From: Bacteroidales bacterium
Lineage (GTDB): Bacteria > Bacteroidota > Bacteroidia > Bacteroidales > VadinHA17
Reading direction: 5' to 3'
Length of the DNA stretch: 64,000 nt
Assembly (NCBI GenBank): GCA_038247205.1
Contig: JBBRVC010000001.1
Span: forward strand, 1,060-65,059
Numbering within the stretch: position 1 is the stretch's first letter; every line of letters begins with the position of its first letter. A program made the translations under genes and the position numbers. Positions 46,515 through 57,931 of this stretch are shown piece after piece. Under the pieces are notes generated by a model. It saw only the letters and a list, made by a program, of their open reading frames with translations, did no database searches and was not told the DNA's origin.

Positions 46515-47726
46515 ATGATGGATGTACTTGAAGTTATAACCCCTTCCGATAAAAAGAACTTTATTGATTTCCCGAAAAAGCTATATAAAAATGATCCTTT
46601 TTGGGTTTGCCAGCTCGATACAATGGTTGAGGCAGTATTCGATCCGGCTAAAAACCAGGCTTTTGGTCATGGCGAAGCTAAACGCTGGCTGATTAAGGAA
46701 AAAGAGGGAAACATCCTTGGCCGGATAGCAGCATTCATCGATCATAGACGTTCAGAAGCAAACAGTCAGCCCACAGGAGGCATTGGTTTCTTTGAGACAT
46801 ACGATAATAGTGAAGTAGCTTATCTGCTCTTCGATACAGCACGGAAATGGCTTACCCTTAAAGGCATGGAAGCAATGGATGGGCCAATCAATTTTGGAGA
46901 AAATGATAATAACTGGGGTCTTCTGGTTGAAGGCTTTATGCAGCAGGGATATGGAATGCCTTATAATATGCCATACTACAGGAAATTTTTTGAAGATTAC
47001 GGATTCAGAAATTATTTCGAGCAATACTCCTGGCACCGTGATGTCCGTAATTCAGATAATGAAATTGTACAGTTTCCCGTCAGAATAATGAAGATTGCTG
47101 AATGGTTGTCAAAACGACCCGGATACTCTTTTCGTCATTTTGAATTCAGCAATAAAGGGAAATATGTCAGCGACATTGTTGAAGTATATAACTCTACCTG
47201 GTCAATCTTTAAAGGCGATTTTACTCCCCTCGATCCGGCTTTTCTTGAAGAATCGCTTAAAAAAGCCAAAAGTTTTATTGATGAAGATCTTATATGGTTT
47301 GCTTATTATAACAACCGGCCTATTGCATTCTTTATCCTCTTTCCCGATTTAAACCAGATCCTCAAATATTTCAATGGAAAACTGACACCCTGGAATATCT
47401 TGCGTTTTTACTACTTCAAAGCCACTCATAAAATGACACGGGCAAGAGCTGTTGTTGGAGGTGTAAATCCTTCATACCAGAACAGCGGTGTTGAATCGGC
47501 AATTTTCCTTCAGATTTATGAATCGTTTAAAAAGAAACCATGGTTCAGAGAACTTGAATTATCCTGGGTGGGAGATTATAATGCCAAAATGATAGCAATC
47601 TACGAAGCCCTTGGTGCAAAAAAAGCCAAGACACATGTCACTTACCGGTACATTATTAATGACAGTTTACCGTTCAAAAGATATAAGAATGAAATGGCTG
47701 AAAAACATGTCACCGAAGGATCATAA
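46515..47726 (+). CDS. Conserved hypothetical protein, GNAT-acyltransferase-like fold suspected
   Basis: 403-aa soluble protein. The C-terminal half (RARAVVGGVNPSYQNSGVESAIF) resembles the acyl-CoA-binding beta-bulge region of GNATs. Confidence 0.4.
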   Translation: MMDVLEVITPSDKKNFIDFPKKLYKNDPFWVCQLDTMVEAVFDPAKNQAFGHGEAKRWLIKEKEGNILGRIAAFIDHRRSEANSQPTGGIGFFETYDNSEVAYLLFDTARKWLTLKGMEAMDGPINFGENDNNWGLLVEGFMQQGYGMPYNMPYYRKFFEDYGFRNYFEQYSWHRDVRNSDNEIVQFPVRIMKIAEWLSKRPGYSFRHFEFSNKGKYVSDIVEVYNSTWSIFKGDFTPLDPAFLEESLKKAKSFIDEDLIWFAYYNNRPIAFFILFPDLNQILKYFNGKLTPWNILRFYYFKATHKMTRARAVVGGVNPSYQNSGVESAIFLQIYESFKKKPWFRELELSWVGDYNAKMIAIYEALGAKKAKTHVTYRYIINDSLPFKRYKNEMAEKHVTEGS

Positions 47727-47778
47727 TTTATGAAGTATAATATTTTTGCATTTCATTTGTATTTTAAATAATGTTCAT

Positions 47779-47786
47779 TAATTTTG
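47779..47786 (+). promoter_or_regulatory. -7 promoter element (TAATTTTG) upstream of rpmE2
   Basis: Matches TAnnTTTG about 58 nt before the ATG. Confidence 0.45.
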
Positions 47787-47843
47787 CACACCCTAATTAC
47801 AGGGAAATTATTAGATTGAATTAAGGATTAAAATTTTATAGCA

Positions 47844-48107
47844 ATGAAAGAGGGAATACATCCGGGCAGTTACAGATTTGTAGTATTTCAGGATATGTCA
47901 AATGGTATCGGTTTTCTGAGTAAATCAACAGCCGTGTCGAAAGAGACCGTTAAATGGGAAGATGGTAATGATTATCCACTCATCAAACTTGAGATCTCAA
48001 ATACATCTCATCCATTCTATACAGGGAAAATGAAACTTGTTGACACTGCAGGTAGGGTTGATAAATTCATGAACAGGTATAAAGATCACGGACCGAAAAA
48101 GAAATAA
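47844..48107 (+). CDS. rpmE2: 50S ribosomal protein L31, type B (no Zn-ribbon cysteines)
   Basis: [17 protein letters not shown]...[25 protein letters not shown]. Confidence 0.93.
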   Translation: MKEGIHPGSYRFVVFQDMSNGIGFLSKSTAVSKETVKWEDGNDYPLIKLEISNTSHPFYTGKMKLVDTAGRVDKFMNRYKDHGPKKK

Positions 48108-48129
48108 TTATATCAGAGAATATAACAGG

Positions 48130-48157
48130 AGCTCTCCATACGTGGTGAGCTTTTTTT
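48130..48157 (+). terminator. Rho-independent terminator after rpmE2
   Basis: agctctcca-tacg-tggtgagct forms 8 of 9 pairs and is followed by TTTTTTT. Confidence 0.75.
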
Positions 48158-48221
48158 ATTTAATATTATGGCATAATCATTGCAACCTTACTTTTTAGGG
48201 AGGTTGATCGGAAATATTAAG

Positions 48222-48229
48222 TATTTTTG
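48222..48229 (+). promoter_or_regulatory. -7 promoter element (TATTTTTG) upstream of lon
   Basis: Matches TAnnTTTG about 67 nt before the ATG. Confidence 0.45.
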
Positions 48230-48295
48230 GCAATAATGTACCACCCGACGAACAAATTTGTCAGGATTAAAAAGAATTGAAAGCAAAATATTGAG

Positions 48296-50758
48296 ATGGA
48301 TAAAAAATATAGGAGACCGGTGAATGAAATAATGTTCCCGGATATTTTAGATGGAGACGGAGATATAATCCCCATTATCGCGGATGGCGATGATGGTGAT
48401 CTTGAGAATGTTGAGGTGCCTGATGTTATTCCTATTCTCTCACTTCGGAATACAGTTCTTTTTCCGGGTGTTGTTCTGCCAATCTCAATAGGCCGGCCCA
48501 GATCAATACAGCTTATCAAAGATGCTTACCGGCACAATAAGATAGTTGGCACTGTTGCACAGAAAGATCCCGATACTGAGAATCCCGATTTTGAGGATCT
48601 GCATAAAATAGGAACTATTGGTCAGATCGTGAAGCTGCTCGAAATGCCCGATGGATCCACTACAGCTATAATACAGGGCAGAAAAAGAATGGTGTTGAAA
48701 GATTTGGTTTCCGATGATCCATATTTTATGGCGACGGTAATACCTATGCCTGAAATAAAACCAGGAAAGCATAATAAAGATTTTGATGCAATAGTCGGTT
48801 CTCTCAAGGACCTGTCACTCAAGATTATAAAGATAAATCCCAACATTAGCCCCGAAGCATCTTTTGCAATAAAAAATATAGAGAACAATACATACCTTAT
48901 AAATTTCATCTGTTCGAACACCGATATAAAAGTTCAGGATAAGCAAAAACTTCTTGAAATAAACCGGCTTCGCGACAGAGGTTTCCTTCTTCTTGAATTC
49001 CTTGTTCAGGAAATCCAGGTTCTGGAACTTAAAAATGAACTGCAGTCAAAGGTAAAGAGCGACCTCGATCAGCAACAGCGCGAATTTCTTCTTCATCAAC
49101 AGATGAAAACAATTCAGAATGAACTCGGGGGCAATCCTTCTGAGAAAGAAATAGAAGAATACAGAAAGAAAGCCGGTACAAAAAAATGGAGCGCTGATGT
49201 AAAAAAAGTCTTTGACAAGGAACTTGAAAAGCTTAACAGGCTGAATCCGGCTGCTGCGGAATACTCCGTACAGATAAATTACATACAAACCCTTCTGGAC
49301 CTGCCATGGGGCGAATATACCCGTGATAATCTGGATCTTAAAAATGCAAGAAAAGTTCTTGATCAGGATCATTTTGGTCTTGATGAAGTTAAAGAGAGAA
49401 TTCTCGAGCACCTGGCTGTACTTAAGCTTAAAGGAGATTTAAAATCGCCAATACTTTGCCTTTACGGTCCTCCGGGTGTAGGAAAAACCTCTCTTGGAAA
49501 GTCAGTGGCAAAAGCCATCGACAGAAAGTATGTCAGAATGTCATTAGGTGGTTTGCATGATGAGGCAGAAATTCGTGGTCATCGCAAAACATATATTGGA
49601 GCCATGCCCGGACGGATAATCCAGAATATTAAAAGGGCCGGCTCCTCAAATCCTGTTTTTATTCTTGATGAAATTGATAAAGTAGGGCAGGATTTCAGAG
49701 GCGACCCTTCTTCGGCTTTGCTGGAGGTTCTTGATCCTGAACAAAACGGAACCTTCTTTGACAATTTTCTTGAGATGGAATATGACCTCTCCAAAGTTTT
49801 GTTTATAGCCACAGCCAATAACCTTTCAACAATAAGCCCTGCTCTTCGCGACAGGATGGAGCTCATAGAAATATCCGGATACCTGGTTGAGGAAAAACTT
49901 GAAATAGCAAAACAACACCTTCTGCCTAATCAACTTGACAATCATGGTGTTAAGCCAAGTCAGCTGGTTATTAACAAGAAGGTCATGGAGACTGTAATTG
50001 AAAAATATTCAAGAGAATCAGGTGTAAGGGAGCTTGACAAAAGAATTGCCAAGATCGTTAGGGTAGCTGCTAAGAATATTGCATCTGACACTGAATATGC
50101 TCCTGTAATAACTCCCGAAAAACTCCGTGAGATCCTGGGTCCGCCCAAATTCATCCGCGACATTTATGCCGGAAATGATCAGGCCGGGGTAGTTACAGGC
50201 CTTGCCTGGACAGCAGCCGGGGGTGAAATACTCTTTGTTGAAACAAGTCTGAGCAAGGGTACAGGTAAACTTACTCTTACAGGTAACCTTGGTGAGGTAA
50301 TGAAAGAATCTGCCATAATTGCTCTCGAATACCTGAAAGCAAATGCAGCTATGCTTGAACTCCCCGATAATTTCTCGGAGAAATGGAATGTTCATATTCA
50401 TGTCCCTGAGGGAGCTATACCAAAAGATGGTCCGTCGGCAGGTGTTACAATGGCCGCCTCAATTGCTTCGGCATTCACTCAACGGAAAATTAGGAAATTT
50501 CTTGCCATGACAGGTGAGATCACTTTACGAGGCAAAGTTCTTCCTGTTGGTGGAATAAAAGAAAAAATTCTTGCTGCCAAACGTGCAAAAATCAGGGATA
50601 TAATCCTTTCGGAAGACAATAGGAATGATGTTGAGAATATTAAGGAGGTTTACATAAAAGGTCTTAATTTCCATTATGTTGATACGATAATGGAAATGCT
50701 CGAACTCAGTCTGCTCAGAGAAAAAGTCAAAAATCCAAAGATAATTTCATTCGAATGA
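48296..50758 (+). CDS. lon: ATP-dependent Lon protease (LonA)
   Basis: LON N-domain, Walker [10 protein letters not shown], Walker B ILDEIDK, and catalytic PKDGPSAG ... K dyad. Confidence 0.96.
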   Translation: MDKKYRRPVNEIMFPDILDGDGDIIPIIADGDDGDLENVEVPDVIPILSLRNTVLFPGVVLPISIGRPRSIQLIKDAYRHNKIVGTVAQKDPDTENPDFEDLHKIGTIGQIVKLLEMPDGSTTAIIQGRKRMVLKDLVSDDPYFMATVIPMPEIKPGKHNKDFDAIVGSLKDLSLKIIKINPNISPEASFAIKNIENNTYLINFICSNTDIKVQDKQKLLEINRLRDRGFLLLEFLVQEIQVLELKNELQSKVKSDLDQQQREFLLHQQMKTIQNELGGNPSEKEIEEYRKKAGTKKWSADVKKVFDKELEKLNRLNPAAAEYSVQINYIQTLLDLPWGEYTRDNLDLKNARKVLDQDHFGLDEVKERILEHLAVLKLKGDLKSPILCLYGPPGVGKTSLGKSVAKAIDRKYVRMSLGGLHDEAEIRGHRKTYIGAMPGRIIQNIKRAGSSNPVFILDEIDKVGQDFRGDPSSALLEVLDPEQNGTFFDNFLEMEYDLSKVLFIATANNLSTISPALRDRMELIEISGYLVEEKLEIAKQHLLPNQLDNHGVKPSQLVINKKVMETVIEKYSRESGVRELDKRIAKIVRVAAKNIASDTEYAPVITPEKLREILGPPKFIRDIYAGNDQAGVVTGLAWTAAGGEILFVETSLSKGTGKLTLTGNLGEVMKESAIIALEYLKANAAMLELPDNFSEKWNVHIHVPEGAIPKDGPSAGVTMAASIASAFTQRKIRKFLAMTGEITLRGKVLPVGGIKEKILAAKRAKIRDIILSEDNRNDVENIKEVYIKGLNFHYVDTIMEMLELSLLREKVKNPKIISFE

Positions 50759-51237
50759 AGAAGATCGCAGTTTTCCCCGGATCATTCGATCCCTTAACCA
50801 TCGGTCATGAAGCTATAGTAAAGAGAGCTTTGAGCCTTTTCGACGAAATAATCATTGCTGTCGGTGCAAATGCACTTAAGAAGAGTTTTTATCCTCTGGA
50901 AGTAAGAAAAGAGATTATAACAAAAGTCTTTCAAAATGAGCCAAGGGTTCGGATTGCTCATTATGAAGGACTTACAGTTGATTTTTGTAAAAAAAACGGA
51001 GCAGGCTACATTCTGCGTGGACTGAGAACGTCAGCTGATTTTGAATTTGAGAGAGCTATTGCACAGGTTAATAAGGTGCTTGCAACAGGGATCGAAACAG
51101 TTTTTATACTTACAGTTCCTGAGCATTCACACATTAACTCATCTATTGTAAGAGATATAATACGCAGCGGGGGAGATGCCTCAATCTTTGTTCCGGAAGC
51201 AATAACACTGAGTGACTATAAATCCGCAGAAGTTTAA
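50755..51237 (+). CDS. coaD: Pantetheine-phosphate adenylyltransferase
   Basis: AVFPGSFDPLTIGHEAIV (T/HxGH motif) and ISSS-like INSSIVR. ATGA overlap with lon. Confidence 0.94.
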   Translation: MKKIAVFPGSFDPLTIGHEAIVKRALSLFDEIIIAVGANALKKSFYPLEVRKEIITKVFQNEPRVRIAHYEGLTVDFCKKNGAGYILRGLRTSADFEFERAIAQVNKVLATGIETVFILTVPEHSHINSSIVRDIIRSGGDASIFVPEAITLSDYKSAEV

Positions 51238-51239
51238 GA

Positions 51240-51860
51240 TCAGTCGACCCTCAGCACCGAAGTATTTATAAGATCCATCAGTGACAGCCATGCTGTGTCC
51301 TTGATTTTGCTCAGTTCATCAGGCTTAAGCCATTCAATTTTTGTAATTCCTTCTTTAATCTGTGGCTCATTGATCATAATGCCTGAATAAGACATCAGAA
51401 ACCAGTGAGTCTTCTTAAGATAGAGTATTCCCTTCAGGTTATAAGTATGAAAACTGGGGAACAGTTTACTTACAATGAAGTGGCCTGTTATTCCGCATTC
51501 CTCGTTAACCTCCCTCAGGGCACATGTTTCAGCATCTTCATCAGGTTCAATATGTCCCTTTGGCACGTCCAGCCTGTTGTATTTTTCAATAAAGAGGTAT
51601 CTTCCTGATGAGTGCTTTACCAGGCCTCCTGCTGCTCCGACCTCAGTGTAATTGATTCTGAACAGTTTCCAGATAAAAGTGATGTCGGGTCCGTAAACAT
51701 TTATGGCATCAATTTTATCGTTAATCTGGAAATCATTAATTATCTTATAAAATTCATTCGGGTCATTGAATTTATGGAATAACCTGTATTTTTGTAACCG
51801 GTCAGGTTCAGAACTTATTGTGATGAACCTGTTTTCAAAATAAACTTTATACATATCCAT
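51240..51860 (-). CDS. NUDIX hydrolase
   Basis: Nudix box GHIEPDEDAETCALREVNEECGI. Confidence 0.88.
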   Translation of the reverse strand: MDMYKVYFENRFITISSEPDRLQKYRLFHKFNDPNEFYKIINDFQINDKIDAINVYGPDITFIWKLFRINYTEVGAAGGLVKHSSGRYLFIEKYNRLDVPKGHIEPDEDAETCALREVNEECGITGHFIVSKLFPSFHTYNLKGILYLKKTHWFLMSYSGIMINEPQIKEGITKIEWLKPDELSKIKDTAWLSLMDLINTSVLRVD

Positions 51861-52493
51861 ATGGAGAAGATGGCAAAAACGGTAGCTGAATATCTATTAC
51901 AAATTAAAGCAATTAAATTGCAACCATCAAATCCTTTTACATGGGCTTCAGGTTGGAAATCACCAATATATTGCGATAACAGGAAAACTCTTTCATTTCC
52001 TGAAGTGAGGTCTTATATAAGGGATTCTTTTGCTCTGATAATCCGTGAACTATATCCTCAGGCTGATATGATTGCCGGTGTTGCAACCGGAGCAATTGCA
52101 CATGGAGCTCTTACAGCTGACAAACTCGGTTTACCGTTTATTTATGTTCGTTCAGGAGCTAAGGAACATGGACTTGGTAACCAGATCGAAGGTTATTTTG
52201 AACCCGGTCAGAAAGTTGTTGTGGTTGAGGACCTAATATCAACAGGAGGCAGCAGCCTCAGTGCGGTAAAAGCCCTTAGGGAAGCCGGTTGTGAGGTGCT
52301 CGGAATGGTCGCTATCTTTTCCTATGAATTTCAAAAAGCGTCAGACAGTTTTAATGCGGAAAAGTGTATTTTGAACACTTTAAGCAACTACTCTGTTCTA
52401 ATTGATACAGCGGTTAATTCAAATTTCATTGGACAGGCTGAGGTTGAAACATTGAAAAAATGGAGAGTTGATCCCGCTAACTGGAAGGCCTGA
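51861..52493 (+). CDS. pyrE: Orotate phosphoribosyltransferase
   Basis: PRPP-binding loop VVVVEDLISTGGS and FTWASGWKSPIYCDNR. The start may be the second ATG at 51870. Confidence 0.93.
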   Translation: MEKMAKTVAEYLLQIKAIKLQPSNPFTWASGWKSPIYCDNRKTLSFPEVRSYIRDSFALIIRELYPQADMIAGVATGAIAHGALTADKLGLPFIYVRSGAKEHGLGNQIEGYFEPGQKVVVVEDLISTGGSSLSAVKALREAGCEVLGMVAIFSYEFQKASDSFNAEKCILNTLSNYSVLIDTAVNSNFIGQAEVETLKKWRVDPANWKA

Positions 52494-52524
52494 GAATCAA
52501 TGAACGAAATATAAATATAAAGGA

Positions 52525-52950
52525 ATGGCAGAGTCAGAATATTTGAGCAGGCAGGGGAAACTGATAAGCACTCAGGAGGAGGTTTTTAATTTTGTTACCG
52601 ATATCAGGAATTTTGAACAATTTATACCTAAGGGAACCGTAACCAACCTGCACACTGAAAAGGAATCATGCAGTTTCGATGTGGCAATGCTCGGGACAGT
52701 TACATTGCATATTTCAGAAAAGATAATGTTCAATAAGGTTGTGTTTTCGGGGAATGCCCTTCATGTGAATGACTTTTCATTAATTGTAAATATTTCCGAG
52801 GCGGGTGATCGGCAGTCAGACGCCAGTGTTAAACTTGTTGCTGACATGAATCCATTTTTAAAGATGGTCGCCGATAAACCTATTTCAAATTTTCTGGAAA
52901 TGTTGATTTCCGGAATGGAAAATTTCCGCGACTGGAAAAATGTCAAATAA
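52525..52950 (+). CDS. Hypothetical protein (SRPBCC-like fold suspected)
   Basis: 141 aa with a beta-rich core and a C-terminal helix. No diagnostic motif. Confidence 0.4.
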   Translation: MAESEYLSRQGKLISTQEEVFNFVTDIRNFEQFIPKGTVTNLHTEKESCSFDVAMLGTVTLHISEKIMFNKVVFSGNALHVNDFSLIVNISEAGDRQSDASVKLVADMNPFLKMVADKPISNFLEMLISGMENFRDWKNVK

Positions 52951-52962
52951 TAAGATTCTATT

Positions 52963-53697
52963 CTAAATATATTTCAGGTTGGAGGCATAATCAGTAAATT
53001 TGCCGTTCTCTTTTTCCACCCTCACCAATCCCTCATCAGTTACCGTAATTATACGACCCCTGAAATAGCCTGTTGAGTCTTTAAACTTTGACCATTCATT
53101 AAGTCGGAATATTTGCCGTATATAATCTTCCCTCAGCTGAGTGAATTCTTTATTTTTTAGTTGATTATACCTTTTGTCCAGATCAATGGAAAGCTCATCA
53201 AGGACAACAACAGGATCATATTCATGTCCGGTGAGAATTTTAAGGGAAACCGGATTAACTGCATCACTTAAAAAATGCTCCTGATTTAAATTTAATCCGA
53301 TTCCGGCTATAGTATATTGAATTTTATCAGCCATTAATGAATGTTCTATCAAAATACCTGCTATTTTGTCATTATCAACATAGGTATCGTTAGGCCATTT
53401 GATAGAACATTTATTAATATGCCTCTTCAGAAAGTCACAGATTCCAAGAGAAATTGTCACAGATATAAGGAACTGTTCTGATGGACGGATAAATGAAGGG
53501 TACAGTATAATGCTGAATGTTAGATTCTTACCTTTTTCACTTTCCCATTTATTGCCCGATTGACCCTTGCCTGCTGACTGGTATTCTGCATGAACAATTG
53601 TTCCCTCTGCCAGTTGTTCCGTTTCGAGTGCCCGGGATATGTAAGAATTTGTTGAATCCAGCTCCTTAAAAAAAATCCGGTTCAAACCTATTACCAT
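52963..53697 (-). CDS. birA: Biotin--[acetyl-CoA-carboxylase] ligase (group I, no DNA-binding domain)
   Basis: QSAGKGQSGNKWES (GRGRxGRxW-type loop) and KWPNDTYVDNDKIAGILIE. Confidence 0.9.
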   Translation of the reverse strand: MVIGLNRIFFKELDSTNSYISRALETEQLAEGTIVHAEYQSAGKGQSGNKWESEKGKNLTFSIILYPSFIRPSEQFLISVTISLGICDFLKRHINKCSIKWPNDTYVDNDKIAGILIEHSLMADKIQYTIAGIGLNLNQEHFLSDAVNPVSLKILTGHEYDPVVVLDELSIDLDKRYNQLKNKEFTQLREDYIRQIFRLNEWSKFKDSTGYFRGRIITVTDEGLVRVEKENGKFTDYASNLKYI

Positions 53698-53819
53698 GAC
53701 CTATAATGTTTTAAATAAATTTTTTGGTTTTTTTTGAATAGTATAGAAACTTCCTTTTCAGATTGGCATTTAAATTGCACTAACAGGTTTCTGGTGACAA
53801 AAATACAGATAAAAGTTCG

Positions 53820-53827
53820 TACTTTTG
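53820..53827 (+). promoter_or_regulatory. -7 promoter element (TACTTTTG) upstream of rsfS-ftsH
   Basis: Matches TAnnTTTG about 28 nt before the ATG at 53855. Confidence 0.45.
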
Positions 53828-53854
53828 CGACTTGATACAAACTGATAATTCTTG

Positions 53855-54229
53855 ATGAAGAAAAGATACGACGGAGAAGAAGTTCTTTTAAATAATATTG
53901 TTAAGGGAATTTTTGAGAAGAAAGGGCAGAATGTCCTGAAAATTGATTTACGAAAACTTGAAACCAGGATAGCTGATTATTTTATCATCTGTAGTGGTTC
54001 TTCCACAACACAGGTAGATTCAATATGCGATTCAGTAGAAGATACAGTAAGACTGGGTACCGGAGAAAAACCGGCACATGTAGAGGGTCTTGAGAATTGT
54101 TTTTGGGTGTTGCTTGATTATGGAAATGTTATAGTGCATATTTTTCTTGAAGAGCACCGTAGTTTCTATAATCTCGAATCACTTTGGGCAGATGCGAATA
54201 TTAAAACCATGACAGATAATATACAGTAA
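53855..54229 (+). CDS. rsfS: Ribosome silencing factor RsfS
   Basis: ADYFIICSGSSTTQVDSI...WVLLDYGNVIVHIF...R.FYNLE.LW signature. Confidence 0.92.
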   Translation: MKKRYDGEEVLLNNIVKGIFEKKGQNVLKIDLRKLETRIADYFIICSGSSTTQVDSICDSVEDTVRLGTGEKPAHVEGLENCFWVLLDYGNVIVHIFLEEHRSFYNLESLWADANIKTMTDNIQ

Positions 54230-54241
54230 GTTAATACTAAC

Positions 54242-56287
54242 ATGACAGAAGAGAACAACAACAATCAGAATCCCGAAAAGAAACCTGATAAGATTATAAA
54301 ACCGAAATTTAATTCAAATTGGATTTTTGCCATACTGGCAGTCTCTGTGATCCTTTTTAATTTTTTGTTTGCAGGAAGTACTATCCCAAAAGCTTCAACC
54401 AGCAAGATCAAGGAAATGATTGCCGCCCGCGATATTGAAAAAATAACGGTAGTAAATAAGGAACTTGCTAAACTTTTCCTGAAAAAAGAGGCAGTTGAAT
54501 CAGGAAAATACCCTGAAGTGCCCAAGCCCGGAAAAGGATTCGGCTTGTCAGTTCCAAAACCACATTTTACATTTAATATTGGCGATATAAGCACTTTCGA
54601 GCCATTTATTATTGAAGAACAGAAGAATGCCGGGATTCCTGAAAAGGAGTTCATATATCCCGATTATGTAAATGAGAAAAACTATTTCATCGAAATTTTG
54701 GGTTGGATACTTCCTTTCGCATTCCTTATAATTCTCTGGATGTTCCTTATGAGAAGAATGTCAGGAGGAGGAGCCGGAGGAGCTGGAGGAATATTCAGTG
54801 TTGGTAAGTCACGTGCCCAGATTTTTGATAAGGATACAAATGTAAAACTCAATTTTAATGATGTAGCCGGCCTTGAGGAAGCAAAAACCGAAGTAATGGA
54901 AATCGTTGATTTCCTGAAAAATCCAAAAAAATACACACAACTCGGTGGAAAAATTCCAAAAGGAGCCTTGCTTATAGGCCCTCCGGGAACAGGTAAGACT
55001 CTCCTTGCAAAAGCCGTGGCAGGTGAAGCCAATGTACCATTCTTTTCAATTTCGGGTTCCGATTTTGTAGAGATGTTCGTTGGCGTAGGAGCTTCAAGGG
55101 TACGCGACCTTTTTAAACAGGCAAAAGAAAAAGCTCCCTGTATAGTATTTATTGATGAGATAGATGCAGTTGGAAGAGCAAGAGGAAGAAACGCTAACTT
55201 TGGCTCAAACGACGAAAGAGAAAACACTCTGAATCAGCTGCTAACTGAAATGGATGGTTTCGGTACCAACATGGGGGTCATAATTCTGGCAGCAACAAAC
55301 AGAGCTGACATTCTGGACAGAGCCCTATTACGCGCCGGACGATTCGACCGTCAGATTCATGTTGAACTTCCGGATCTGAATGAACGGGAAGCTATTTTCA
55401 AAGTTCACCTGAGACCTATAAAGCTTGAAAAGAATTTTGACGTGGCTTTTATGGCTAAACAAACTCCCGGTTTTTCCGGTGCAGATATTGCCAACGTATG
55501 TAATGAGTCAGCACTAATTGCTGCTAGAAAAAATAAAAATGTTGTAGAAAGACAGGATTTTCTCGACGCAGTAGATCGAATAGTCGGAGGGCTGGAGCGA
55601 AAAAGCAAGATCATCTCTATTGTTGAAAAGAAAACCATTGCCTATCACGAGGCCGGTCATGCAACTGTAAGCTGGCATCTCGAACATGCAAGCCCTCTTC
55701 TTAAAGTTACTATCATTCCAAGGGGTAGAGCTCTCGGAGCAGCATGGTATCTCCCTGAAGAACGTCAGATTACAACACGCGAACAGATCCTGGATGAGAT
55801 GGCTTATGCTCTTGGAGGAAGAGCTGCAGAACGTCTGGTATTCGGAAAAATTTCTACCGGGGCGTTGAGCGACCTCGAAAAGATCACTAAACAGGCATAT
55901 GCAATGGTTGCATATTTCGGAATGAGTGAGAAAGTAGGGAATATAAGTTTTTACGATTCTTCCGGTCAGTCCGATATGGGTTTTACAAAACCATACAGTG
56001 AGAAGACTGCCGAAGTTATCGATAATGAAGTTAAGCTGATAATCGAGGAATCATTTCAGAGAGCATTGGAAGTGCTAAATGAAAATATGAAAGGTTTAAC
56101 CGAACTGGCAGAACTTCTTCTTGAAAAAGAAGTAATATTTACGGAAGATCTTGAAAGAATATTTGGCAAAAGAAAGGCTGATGTCCTTAAAGAACTTCGT
56201 GACGCGGAAGTTAAATCGCTGGACAAAGCTATTGATAAAGCAAAGGCGAAAGTAAAATCTGAAGAAGAGGCAGATGAAAAACCTTAA
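54242..56287 (+). CDS. ftsH: ATP-dependent zinc metalloprotease FtsH
   Basis: Two N-terminal TM helices, Walker A GPPGTGKT, Walker [12 protein letters not shown], and zinc site HEAGHA. Confidence 0.97.
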   Translation: MTEENNNNQNPEKKPDKIIKPKFNSNWIFAILAVSVILFNFLFAGSTIPKASTSKIKEMIAARDIEKITVVNKELAKLFLKKEAVESGKYPEVPKPGKGFGLSVPKPHFTFNIGDISTFEPFIIEEQKNAGIPEKEFIYPDYVNEKNYFIEILGWILPFAFLIILWMFLMRRMSGGGAGGAGGIFSVGKSRAQIFDKDTNVKLNFNDVAGLEEAKTEVMEIVDFLKNPKKYTQLGGKIPKGALLIGPPGTGKTLLAKAVAGEANVPFFSISGSDFVEMFVGVGASRVRDLFKQAKEKAPCIVFIDEIDAVGRARGRNANFGSNDERENTLNQLLTEMDGFGTNMGVIILAATNRADILDRALLRAGRFDRQIHVELPDLNEREAIFKVHLRPIKLEKNFDVAFMAKQTPGFSGADIANVCNESALIAARKNKNVVERQDFLDAVDRIVGGLERKSKIISIVEKKTIAYHEAGHATVSWHLEHASPLLKVTIIPRGRALGAAWYLPEERQITTREQILDEMAYALGGRAAERLVFGKISTGALSDLEKITKQAYAMVAYFGMSEKVGNISFYDSSGQSDMGFTKPYSEKTAEVIDNEVKLIIEESFQRALEVLNENMKGLTELAELLLEKEVIFTEDLERIFGKRKADVLKELRDAEVKSLDKAIDKAKAKVKSEEEADEKP

Positions 56288-56380
56288 GCCAAAAAAAAAG
56301 AGATAATGGAAAAATCTGATGAAGAGCCTCCAAAAAAAGCTTAAAGAGGAATAGCATGCTAATGTTTAACCGATGAAACC

Positions 56381-57223
56381 TTGAGCAACCTTCTTCGACG
56401 ATCCATAACAGGTGCCGGAATAGTTTTATTCGTTTTGGGCGGATTCTGGCTGCACCCTGTTTCATTCTTTCTTACCGGTCTTGTCTTGCTGATCGGAACG
56501 CAGTATGAATATTACCTGATGGTGCGCAATACGGGAGTAAATCCACAGGTAATACCTGGAATGTTGACAGGTATTACAGCTTACATCATTTCAACACTTA
56601 TAGCTTCAGGTTTTCTTCCGGCCGGTGGTTTTCTTATTATGATTCCGATGTTGACGGGGCTGATGATTATAGAACTCTTCAGGAAGGAGGAGAAACCTTT
56701 TGATTCACTTGCACATACAATATTCGCCGTTTTATACACGGCACTTCCTTTTTCAATGTTCCCGTTTGCCTCATTCTCCAGGATGGGTCTGAACTCGATC
56801 ATCCCGCATGAAAATATAATGTTCTCACCCGGAATAATTATTGGTTTTTTTGTACTTCTTTGGGCAAATGATACCGGTGCATATCTTAGTGGCATAACTT
56901 TTGGCCGTCACAAATTAATGGAGAGAATATCACCAAAAAAAACCTGGGAAGGATGTTTTGGGGGAGTTTTTATTGCAGCACTTGTTGCATGGACACTTTC
57001 AGGCTGGTTAGGGGTTGTCGGTACATTACAGTGGATTATAATTTCAATCATAATATCAGTTTCAGGGACTTTCGGAGATCTGATTGAATCAATGCTAAAG
57101 AGAAGCAGCGGTGTAAAAGATTCAGGATCAATAATGCCGGGTCACGGTGGTTTCATGGACCGGTTTGACAGCGCAATCATTTCTTTCCCTCTGATTTATC
57201 TTTTCCTCTCACTATTTGGATGA
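56381..57223 (+). CDS. cdsA: Phosphatidate cytidylyltransferase
   Basis: Signature SMLKRSSGVKDSGSIMPGHGGFMDRFDS. A TTG start is inferred because no in-frame ATG lies near the N-terminus. Confidence 0.9.
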   Translation: MSNLLRRSITGAGIVLFVLGGFWLHPVSFFLTGLVLLIGTQYEYYLMVRNTGVNPQVIPGMLTGITAYIISTLIASGFLPAGGFLIMIPMLTGLMIIELFRKEEKPFDSLAHTIFAVLYTALPFSMFPFASFSRMGLNSIIPHENIMFSPGIIIGFFVLLWANDTGAYLSGITFGRHKLMERISPKKTWEGCFGGVFIAALVAWTLSGWLGVVGTLQWIIISIIISVSGTFGDLIESMLKRSSGVKDSGSIMPGHGGFMDRFDSAIISFPLIYLFLSLFG

Positions 57224-57262
57224 TCGTCGGGATTGATTAGTTTTGTGAAAATTTTATTAGTA

Positions 57263-57919
57263 ATGAGTATTCATAAAGAGGGTTATAAAATTCTTGCAGT
57301 TGGATTTGTTATTCTGTTGATCCTTAATATATTGGTTAATGTGATATGGTCAGACCATACATTCGTGAAATGGTCATTTCTGGTCTGTTCCATGATGTTT
57401 TATATCTTCATTCTCTTTTTCTTCAGATATCCGTCACGAAAACTTGAACCTACTCACGGTCTTATCTATGCTCCGGCCGATGGGAAGGTGGTAGTTATCG
57501 AAGAAACAATTGAAAAAGAATATTTTAAGGACAAGAGGTTGCAAATTTCAATTTTTATGTCACCGTTTAATATGCATAGCAATAAATACCCTGTTTCAGG
57601 TCGTATTAAATATGTTGAGTATCATCAGGGTAATTACATGGTTGCATGGCATCCGAAATCCTCTGAGCTGAATGAAAGAAGCACAATAGTAATTGAAACA
57701 GAAGATGGAACTGAGATACTGGTGCGTCAGATTGCAGGTGCAGTTGCACGTCGGATTGTAACTTATGCCAAAATTAATCAGAACATACTGCAGGGTGGAG
57801 AGCTTGGGTTTATTAAGTTCGGCTCGCGGGTTGATATATTTTTACCATTGGGGACAGAGGTCGAAGTACCAATTCTTCAACAGGTCAGGGCTAATAAAAG
57901 TATCCTGGCAAGAATCTAA
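57263..57919 (+). CDS. psd: Phosphatidylserine decarboxylase family proenzyme
   Basis: Start moved to MSIHKEGYKI. C-terminal FGSRV self-cleavage-type motif (GFIKFGSRVDIFLP). Confidence 0.85.
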   Translation: MSIHKEGYKILAVGFVILLILNILVNVIWSDHTFVKWSFLVCSMMFYIFILFFFRYPSRKLEPTHGLIYAPADGKVVVIEETIEKEYFKDKRLQISIFMSPFNMHSNKYPVSGRIKYVEYHQGNYMVAWHPKSSELNERSTIVIETEDGTEILVRQIAGAVARRIVTYAKINQNILQGGELGFIKFGSRVDIFLPLGTEVEVPILQQVRANKSILARI

Positions 57920-57931
57920 AAAAATTATTGA

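Noticed and set aside
56288-56380. 12-codon ORF (MEKSDEEPPKKA) between ftsH and cdsA as a leader peptide.
   Set aside because: It is too short and has no supporting structure or conservation evidence. It probably just reflects the A-rich spacer.
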